Below are positions 1 through 6,302 of a stretch of DNA of 49,193 nt, piece after piece. The notes beneath the pieces are model-generated. The model did not search any database, was not told the DNA's origin, and saw only the letters and a program-made list of their open reading frames with translations. The position numbers and the translations under genes were made by a program. Positions within the stretch are counted from its first letter, which is position 1, and each line of letters starts with the position of its first letter. The DNA comes from an uncultured Bacilli bacterium. GTDB lineage: Bacteria > Bacillota_I > Bacilli_A > RFN20 > CAG-826. Location of the stretch: the NCBI GenBank assembly GCA_944349405.1, contig CALVMY010000099.1:1-49193 (forward strand), written 5' to 3'.

Positions 1-90
1 CATCATTCAACTGTTGTAACAATTAAAGGAAAATCATATAGACTAAAAAATATGTACGAAACTTCGAATACTGAATCTGAACATTCATAA
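1..90 (+). mobile_element. istB: 3' end of an IS21-family istB (helper ATPase) gene, cut by the left window edge
   Basis: Frame 1 reads HHSTVVTIKGKSYRLKNMYETSNTESEHS*. The HHS-x4-IKG-x-SYRLK tail is the characteristic C-terminus of IstB/DnaC-like IS21 helper proteins. Only 29 codons are visible and the IS terminus cannot be located. Confidence 0.5.
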
Positions 91-207
91 GTTAAAAAAA
101 ATGTACATTTTTATCTTGAAATTAATAGATTAACAATATAATTAAGAATATTAATTATAAAAATTATTTATACTTCTTAACTAAGTTATGTGTTCTATTT
201 ATTTTCA

Positions 208-978
208 CTATTTATAATAAACTTTATATAGATATAACCCCTCTGAAGGTGCTTGATAATTTATTATTTTTCTGTTATCTTCATTATTCGAATCATCTAA
301 ATATTCTTTTATTTTCTTTAAAGTAATCTTATTATCGTTATAAGCTAAAATAGTGCCTACTATTTTTCTTATCTCATATCTCATAAAACCATTACCAATA
401 AATGTTAATTTAAGATATTTATTATTTATTTTTGATATTTTTATATCAAAAATAGTGCGAACATAATTATTTAACTTATCTTCTTTTTTAGAAGTAAAGT
501 TAATAAAATTATGTTCGCCTTTAAATAAAGTGATTACTTCTTTTATTTTATTTAAATCAATATTAGATTTATATAATTCATAATTTCTTTTTAAGGGATC
601 ATATTCTTTATAGTTTATTAAATAATAATATTCTTTTTTAATAGAAGATAATCTAGCTGAAAATAAAAGAGACACCTCTTTTATTTTCTTTATATAGATA
701 TCTTTAGGCAATAATTTATTTATCTTATATAAGAATAAAGATAAATCATTAATTTTTTTAAGAGTAAAAAAATTAGCTACTTGATTAATAGCATGTACTC
801 CTTTATCAGTTCTTCCACTACTATATATCTTTATATTATTTATATTTAAGATAATAGATAATGCTTTTTCTATTTCTTCTTCGACACTTCTTTTATCATT
901 TTGAATCTGATAACCAAAAAAAGAAGATCCATCATATGAGAATGTTATTTTATAGTTATATTTGTTATCTTTATTCAT
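208..978 (-). CDS. truA: tRNA pseudouridine(38-40) synthase TruA
   Basis: 256 aa with the catalytic GRTDKGVHA motif. It lies directly downstream of ecfT, as in the conserved Firmicutes ecfA-ecfA'-ecfT-truA arrangement. Confidence 0.9.
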   Translation of the reverse strand: MNKDNKYNYKITFSYDGSSFFGYQIQNDKRSVEEEIEKALSIILNINNIKIYSSGRTDKGVHAINQVANFFTLKKINDLSLFLYKINKLLPKDIYIKKIKEVSLLFSARLSSIKKEYYYLINYKEYDPLKRNYELYKSNIDLNKIKEVITLFKGEHNFINFTSKKEDKLNNYVRTIFDIKISKINNKYLKLTFIGNGFMRYEIRKIVGTILAYNDNKITLKKIKEYLDDSNNEDNRKIINYQAPSEGLYLYKVYYK

Positions 979-1187
979 ATACTTTAATAAATATAATATC
1001 TTATATTAATCTTTTAAACATCCAATAGGAACAACTTTTATACCATCTTTTCTTGTATAAGCTATTTCTCCTCCACTAATAATCATTAGTAAATCTGGTT
1101 CTTTAATGTTTTGTTTTTTATCTTCTTTTGACTTAATTAATAAATCTTTAAGTTTTAAAAGATGTTTAGCCCCATAACTATAAAAAT

Positions 1188-2069
1188 CTAAATAGTTGGA
1201 ACTCCAAAGATAATATTAATAAAATCATCACAGCCTTGATAATAACAAGCAAAAATTGAAGCCGTAATCATTATTCCTCCTAAAAGAAGAACAAAGATAA
1301 TTGCAAATAAATCGCGATATGTAAAATGAAGTGTCTTATAATGGCTTCTTTTTTTATATGGATCATATCCTCTTGCTTCCATTGCTATAGCAAGTTCATC
1401 ACTTCTAGAAAAACAACTTACTAAAAGAGGAATAATTAAAGTAGTAATCGATCTTATTTTACTCATTAAAAAACCACGATTATAATCAACACCTCTACTT
1501 TTTTGAGCATTCATTATTCGGTTAGATTCATTTAAAAGAGTTGGAATAAATCTTAATGCTAAAGAAATAGTTAAAGATACTATTTGAGTAGGGAATTTTA
1601 AAAGCTTTAAAGGAGTTAAATACCATTCTAAAGCATAAGTTATATCCATTGGTAAAGTCGTTGAAGTTAAAATAATTGTTAAAGCAACCATTAAAACTAA
1701 TCTTAAAATAATATGCCCAACATTAAGTAAGCCATCATAATATAAAGAATAACCATTTTCAAAAGTATGAATTAAATATTTTCCTTCATTTGGTATAAAA
1801 AACATAAATATAAGAAGGAAAATGAACATAATCCACATTGAAGATAAACTTTTAAAAAAAGAACGGAAAGAAACTTTACCAATTATCATAATTAAAGCGA
1901 TAAAAAAGGTTAAAACTCCTAAAATAATAAATCTATTTGTATAATTTCCATATGGTAAAAATGTAACGACCATTAAAAGGATTAAACTAAATAGTTTAAA
2001 ACGAGGGTCGAGTCGATGAATAATCGTATTATATGGAGAATATTTACCTAAAATATTGCTATTTGCCAT
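1188..2069 (-). CDS. ecfT: ECF transporter transmembrane (T) component
   Basis: 293 aa polytopic membrane protein with the two Ala-Arg-Gly coupling motifs (AQKSRGVD, AMEARGYD). Its start overlaps the ecfA2 stop by 11 nt. Confidence 0.85.
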   Translation of the reverse strand: MANSNILGKYSPYNTIIHRLDPRFKLFSLILLMVVTFLPYGNYTNRFIILGVLTFFIALIMIIGKVSFRSFFKSLSSMWIMFIFLLIFMFFIPNEGKYLIHTFENGYSLYYDGLLNVGHIILRLVLMVALTIILTSTTLPMDITYALEWYLTPLKLLKFPTQIVSLTISLALRFIPTLLNESNRIMNAQKSRGVDYNRGFLMSKIRSITTLIIPLLVSCFSRSDELAIAMEARGYDPYKKRSHYKTLHFTYRDLFAIIFVLLLGGIMITASIFACYYQGCDDFINIIFGVPTI

Positions 2070-2958
2070 ATTTTTCTCCTATTTTATCGACTAATTCATC
2101 GATTGTATTTATATTAGTTATATCTTTATTAAAACCAAAATCAGCTAAATATCGTTTAAATTTATAAAAAGAAGGGATTTCTAAAGAAAAATTACTTAAA
2201 TCTTTAGAATTAAAAAGTTCACTTGGAGTAACCATTTTTATAAAGCGAGAATCTTTTAAAACTACAACTTTTGAAGCATATTCCATTACTACATCCATAT
2301 CATGAGTAACAATAATAATCGTTGTTCCTTTTTCATGAATCTTTTTAATTAAAGATAAAATTTCTTTTTTTCCATTTGGATCAAGTCCAACAGTTGGCTC
2401 ATCTAAAACTAAAATTGAAGGGGATGAAGCAATAATTCCAGCAATAGCAACTCTTCTTTTTTCTCCTCCACTTATTTCAAAAGGACTTTTTTCATAATAT
2501 GTATAATCAATTCCAACCTCATCTAATGCTTCGATAGCTCTTTTTTTAGCTTCTTCTTCACTTAAACCGAAATTTAAAGGTCCGAACATTACATCTTTAA
2601 TAATTGTATCGCTAAAAAGTTGATATTCTGGAAATTGGAAAACCATTCCGACTTCTTTTCTTAAATGAGAAAATCTTTTAAGTTCTCTTTTTTTGATATT
2701 TTTTTCTTTTTTTAATCTTTTTATTATTTCTTTATCACCAGTTACATAATAATCTAAAACTTTTGTATAGCCGCTTGTAGGTAGTAAAAGACCATTTAAA
2801 GTTTGAACTAGAGTAGATTTACCACTTCCTGTATGACCAACTAAAGCGATAAAATCACCTTTTTCAATTGAAAAAGTAACCTCTTTTAAGGCGTCATAAT
2901 GATTTGGGTCTTTTTTGTTATATATAAAAGATATGTTGTTAAAAGAGATTAAAGACAT
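2059..2958 (-). CDS. ecfA2: ECF transporter ATPase subunit A2
   Basis: Walker A GHTGSGKST, ABC signature ISGGEKRR, Walker B ILVLDEP. Overlaps ecfA1 by 10 nt. Confidence 0.85.
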   Translation of the reverse strand: MSLISFNNISFIYNKKDPNHYDALKEVTFSIEKGDFIALVGHTGSGKSTLVQTLNGLLLPTSGYTKVLDYYVTGDKEIIKRLKKEKNIKKRELKRFSHLRKEVGMVFQFPEYQLFSDTIIKDVMFGPLNFGLSEEEAKKRAIEALDEVGIDYTYYEKSPFEISGGEKRRVAIAGIIASSPSILVLDEPTVGLDPNGKKEILSLIKKIHEKGTTIIIVTHDMDVVMEYASKVVVLKDSRFIKMVTPSELFNSKDLSNFSLEIPSFYKFKRYLADFGFNKDITNINTIDELVDKIGEKYGK

Positions 2959-3773
2959 ATATATTTAGCAAGTTCCTCAATAGTTTTTATATTTTCATCG
3001 ATTTCAATACCTTTTGTTTTTAATTTATTTTTAATTTTTAAAACAAAAGGGATATCTAGATTAATTTTTTTCATTTCTTCTTCGTTTTCAAATACTTTTG
3101 AAGGAATATCGTTTTTATATATTTTTCCTTCATTTAAAACGATTACTCGATCACTAAGATAAGCTTCTTCAATATCGTGAGTAATTGAAATGACGGTTAA
3201 ATCAGGATTTTCTTTTTTCATTCTTAAAATTAAGTTTCTTATTTCTTCAACTCCTTCAGGATCAAGCATTGAAGTTGCTTCATCAAAAATCATTATTTTT
3301 AAATTTAAAGCTAATATTCCAGCTATTGCAACTCTTTGTTTTTGGCCTCCACTTAATTCTTCTGGTTCTTTAGTTAAATAATTTTCCATTCCTACTTTTT
3401 TAGAATATTCTTTAACTATTTTTTTCATTTCCTCTTGTTTTATATTTCGATTTTCAAGACCAAAAGCAATATCGTCTTCTACGGTTGAACCAATAAATTG
3501 ATTATCTGGATTTTGAAAGACAATTCCAATTTTATTTCTGATATTTTTAATATTTTTTTCATTTAATTCTTCATTATCAATATATATCTTTCCTTTATTA
3601 GGTTCTAAAATGTAGCTTAAAAGTTTAGCTAGTGTTGATTTACCACTACCGTTATGTCCAATAAGAGTAACATATTCTCCCTTGTTAATAGAAAAAGATA
3701 CATTATTAAGTATCTTTTTCTCTTTTTCATAACTAAATGAAAGATTTTCGACCTTTATTACTTCTTGTTCCAT
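2949..3773 (-). CDS. ecfA1: ECF transporter ATPase subunit A1
   Basis: Walker A GHNGSGKST, signature LSGGQKQR, Walker B IMIFDEATS. First gene of the ecfA1-ecfA2-ecfT-truA operon. Confidence 0.85.
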   Translation of the reverse strand: MEQEVIKVENLSFSYEKEKKILNNVSFSINKGEYVTLIGHNGSGKSTLAKLLSYILEPNKGKIYIDNEELNEKNIKNIRNKIGIVFQNPDNQFIGSTVEDDIAFGLENRNIKQEEMKKIVKEYSKKVGMENYLTKEPEELSGGQKQRVAIAGILALNLKIMIFDEATSMLDPEGVEEIRNLILRMKKENPDLTVISITHDIEEAYLSDRVIVLNEGKIYKNDIPSKVFENEEEMKKINLDIPFVLKIKNKLKTKGIEIDENIKTIEELAKYICL

Positions 3774-3791
3774 TTTTAAAGTAAGTTAATT

Positions 3792-3887
3792 AATAATGCT
3801 AAATAGATAAATATTTAAAATATTTATCTTACTAATAATATTAATATTATTAGTCAGGTAATCATTATTACCTTATTTAGCATTATT
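3792..3887. repeat. 96-nt nested palindromic element folding as a perfect four-way junction (outer 14-bp stem enclosing three hairpins)
   Basis: Outer arms 3792-3805 AATAATGCTAAATA and 3874-3887 TATTTAGCATTATT. Hairpin 1: 3806-3816 with 3818-3828 (11 bp). Hairpin 2: 3831-3842 with 3843-3854 (12 bp). Hairpin 3: 3856-3862 with 3867-3873 (7 bp, loop CATT). All 44 pairs are Watson-Crick; only 8 nt are unpaired (the centre base A3817 of hairpin 1, the TT and C linkers, and the CATT loop). Confidence 0.85.
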
Positions 3888-3970
3888 TTCAACAAAAATA
3901 ATGTATTTTTATATTAATATGTTTTTATACTTTTTAATTAATTTTTAACTTCTTAATTTACTAGATTATA

Positions 3971-4225
3971 TTATTTCAATATTTTCCATACACCAGTCTT
4001 ATCTGAACCACTACGTGTAATATATCCCTTTTCTTTTAAAGATTTTAAATAACGCTCAATAGTTCTTTTACTTTTGTTAATTAATAAGGCAAGTTTATCT
4101 GTTTTTAGTGTTGGATTATTTAAAAGTTCTTCAAGGATATCTTTTTCTATGTCGTTTACACCGACATTTACACCGACATTTACACCGACATATCTATTAC
4201 TCGATACTAAGTAATTACAAAAAAT
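3971..4225 (-). pseudogene. Start-less C-terminal remnant of a winged-helix (RecG-like/AlbA-type or Fic-associated) transcriptional regulator
   Basis: Minus-strand frame reads ...YVGVNVGVNVGVNDIEKDILEELLNNPTLKTDKLALLINKSKRTIERYLKSLKEKGYITRSGSDKTGVWKILK*. It is closed upstream by TGA at 4226-4228 and contains no ATG/GTG/TTG. A GVNV repeat followed by an HTH ending in G-x-WK is typical of the C-termini of that family. Confidence 0.5.
4155..4190. repeat. Perfect 12-bp tandem repeat x3 (TTTACACCGACA)
   Basis: Three identical head-to-tail copies at 4155-4166, 4167-4178 and 4179-4190. They encode the GVNV repeats of the minus-strand remnant. Confidence 0.95.
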
Positions 4226-4304
4226 TCACTATGGCTATAACTTTTAAAACACTTCTATTTATAGTTCTATTATCACTTCTACTACTTCTAGTTAAATTAT
4301 ATAT

Positions 4305-4336
4305 ATTAAAAATTCTAATACTCATAGTATTAGAAT
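4305..4336 (-). terminator. Rho-independent terminator downstream of the dCMP deaminase gene
   Basis: Perfect 11-bp stem 4312-4322 with 4326-4336 and a 3-nt loop, followed on the minus strand by TTTTT (plus-strand A run 4307-4311). Confidence 0.55.
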
Positions 4337-4367
4337 TAATAATTATTAATAATAAATAATATTCTTT

Positions 4368-4850
4368 TTAAAGAAGTTCTACTTCTTTATATCTTCCCTT
4401 ATATTCTTCATAAACTATTCCTGCTAAATCAAATAGTTTTCTAGAAGCTCTAGTTTCTAAAGAATCATGGTATTTATCACTTAAATAGATAATTTTTTTA
4501 ATACCGACTTGAATGATTGCTTTAGCGCATTCATTACAAGGAAAAAGAGTAACATATAAAGTACATCCCTTTAAAGACATATTATTTTTAGTATTTAAAA
4601 TAGCGTTAAATTCAGCATGACATACATAAAGATATTTACTATCTAAATCTTCATTTTTTGCCCAACTAAGTTTATTTTCATCGAGTCCTTTAGGCATTCC
4701 ATTATATCCAATTGAAACTACCTTTTTATCATCATCAACAATACATGCTCCGACTTGAGTTGAAGGATCTTTACTTCTTTTTTTACTTAAAAGGGCAATC
4801 CCCATAAAATATTCATCCCAAGTGATGATATCTTTTCTTCCTTCATTCAT
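4368..4850 (-). CDS. comEB: dCMP (deoxycytidylate) deaminase, ComEB family
   Basis: 160 aa with the zinc-binding cytidine/deoxycytidylate deaminase motifs CHAEFNAI and PCNECAKAI. Confidence 0.85.
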   Translation of the reverse strand: MNEGRKDIITWDEYFMGIALLSKKRSKDPSTQVGACIVDDDKKVVSIGYNGMPKGLDENKLSWAKNEDLDSKYLYVCHAEFNAILNTKNNMSLKGCTLYVTLFPCNECAKAIIQVGIKKIIYLSDKYHDSLETRASRKLFDLAGIVYEEYKGRYKEVELL

Positions 4851-4852
4851 CG

Positions 4853-6274
4853 TTATTTTTCCTCTTTATTATTAAGTGATAATTTATCAAAATCTTTATC
4901 TTTTATATTCTCATCTTTTAAAAGAATAAATGAGATAATCGATGTTAAAAGTGATAATCCTTCTAAAACAACAACTAATATTGGATAAGCATTTAATTCA
5001 TAAGTTGAATCTAAATTTGAATAATATGTCGAAAGAGTAAATAAAACTAAAATTAAAATCGATAGAACACATCCAAAAATATTAAAAATTAAATTATTTA
5101 ATCGATAAGCATTATATTTTCGAATCATTCTAAAAGAATAAAGTAAGGAAAGAGAAATAAATACAGCGCTTAAAATATAAATAAAATATCCAACAAATCC
5201 TAAATAGAAACTTAATCCATTATTAGAATCTGAAAAATGTTCTAAAAGTTCGTTTAAATAAGAATGAATTGTATAATTTGATGCTCCTGAAATAATAATA
5301 CGATAAGAAATTAAAACTAAAGCACCTAATCCTAAAAAAGATGAAACAATAAGTAAAATTCTTCTACTAATAACTATAAATTCTTTTACTACACTAGCTT
5401 TAAAAACATAATATCCACCAACTGCAACTAAATAAACTAAACAAATTATAATAAAAGCTAAAATAGTAGGAGAATACATTAAAACACTTGTATCTAATGA
5501 AATAGAAATCATTAAAGCCATTGAAACTAATAAATCAATTAAAACTAAAACATAATAATTATTTTTATAATCTCTTCGATTCATCTTATTAAGACCTTGA
5601 ATTAAAACAAGTAAGAATAATCCTATTGAAGTTCCCATAAATCCTAATGTAAAGATAAACTGCAATATTGGAGCAAGACCATGAGCTATACCATTACCAA
5701 TATAACCATAAGAAAAACCTTTAATGACGCTAGACCAATTATCAATTAAAAAATGATATGGATAAATTGCTCCTTCACTATTTGAAATAACTAAAGGTAA
5801 AAATGAAAAAATTGAACCAAGTAAAAGAATAAAAGCAGCCGAGATAAATGAAGCAATATGAAATATTTTTTCTACCTTTAACATCTTTTCAGCACTAATC
5901 TTACTTTTTTTAGAAGCAAAATCTTCGTTATATTCTCTAATTTTTTGCTTTTTTATATTTTTATATTCATCTTCATTTAATCTTTTAATTTTAGAATTAA
6001 AGACTCTTTGTTTAATTTCTTTTTGTTCTTTTAAATATTCTTCTTCATCAATTACATCAATATCAATTGTATTGATTGATTGAGTTTCACAAGCACTAAC
6101 ACTAGTAAAGCGATATCCACATTTAGGGCAGATTTTCGAATTAGCATTTGTAACCGCATTACATCTTGGACATCTAATATTATGATCGCTTAAAGAAGCG
6201 CCACAATCGATACAAAATTTCGCATTGTCATTATTTTCTTTACCGCAGTTTGGACATTTTTTCATATCTAACAT
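4853..6274 (-). CDS. Double zinc-ribbon, polytopic membrane protein of unknown function
   Basis: N-terminus has two CxxC-x(n)-CxxC ribbons (CPNCG...CIDCG, CPRCN...CPKCG). These are followed by a Lys/Glu-rich linker and about 9 hydrophobic segments. Confidence 0.6.
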   Translation of the reverse strand: MLDMKKCPNCGKENNDNAKFCIDCGASLSDHNIRCPRCNAVTNANSKICPKCGYRFTSVSACETQSINTIDIDVIDEEEYLKEQKEIKQRVFNSKIKRLNEDEYKNIKKQKIREYNEDFASKKSKISAEKMLKVEKIFHIASFISAAFILLLGSIFSFLPLVISNSEGAIYPYHFLIDNWSSVIKGFSYGYIGNGIAHGLAPILQFIFTLGFMGTSIGLFLLVLIQGLNKMNRRDYKNNYYVLVLIDLLVSMALMISISLDTSVLMYSPTILAFIIICLVYLVAVGGYYVFKASVVKEFIVISRRILLIVSSFLGLGALVLISYRIIISGASNYTIHSYLNELLEHFSDSNNGLSFYLGFVGYFIYILSAVFISLSLLYSFRMIRKYNAYRLNNLIFNIFGCVLSILILVLFTLSTYYSNLDSTYELNAYPILVVVLEGLSLLTSIISFILLKDENIKDKDFDKLSLNNKEEK

Positions 6275-6302
6275 TTACTCCTTTTCGTTTATCCATTTTT
6301 TC

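Noticed and set aside
97-112. AAAAATGTACATTTTT palindrome after istB as a terminator or IS21 end
   Set aside because: It is only a 16-bp A/T-dominated palindrome with no loop. It cannot be distinguished from chance in this composition, and no matching left-end repeat is available in the window.
3190-3381. 63-aa plus-strand ORF inside ecfA1
   Set aside because: It is an antisense shadow ORF within a confidently identified ABC ATPase gene, with no motif or RBS.
3792-3887. Cloverleaf interpreted as a tRNA or tmRNA-like gene
   Set aside because: The stems are far too long and perfect (14, 11, 12 and 7 bp). The loops are 1-4 nt, there are no T-loop or D-loop consensus sequences (no GTTCRA), and the element is almost pure A/T. 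It is reported as a structured repeat instead.
4155-4190. Possible mini-CRISPR or other spaced repeat array
   Set aside because: The three 12-bp units are directly adjacent with no spacers, and they lie inside a coding remnant. Nothing else in the window resembles repeat-spacer architecture.
4108-4359. 83-aa plus-strand ORF with an HRHL-HRHL-HRHL repeat
   Set aside because: The repeat is just the 12-bp tandem repeat read in another frame. The rest is low-complexity Leu/Ile sequence spanning a terminator hairpin, with no RBS. The minus-strand frame gives a recognisable HTH tail instead.
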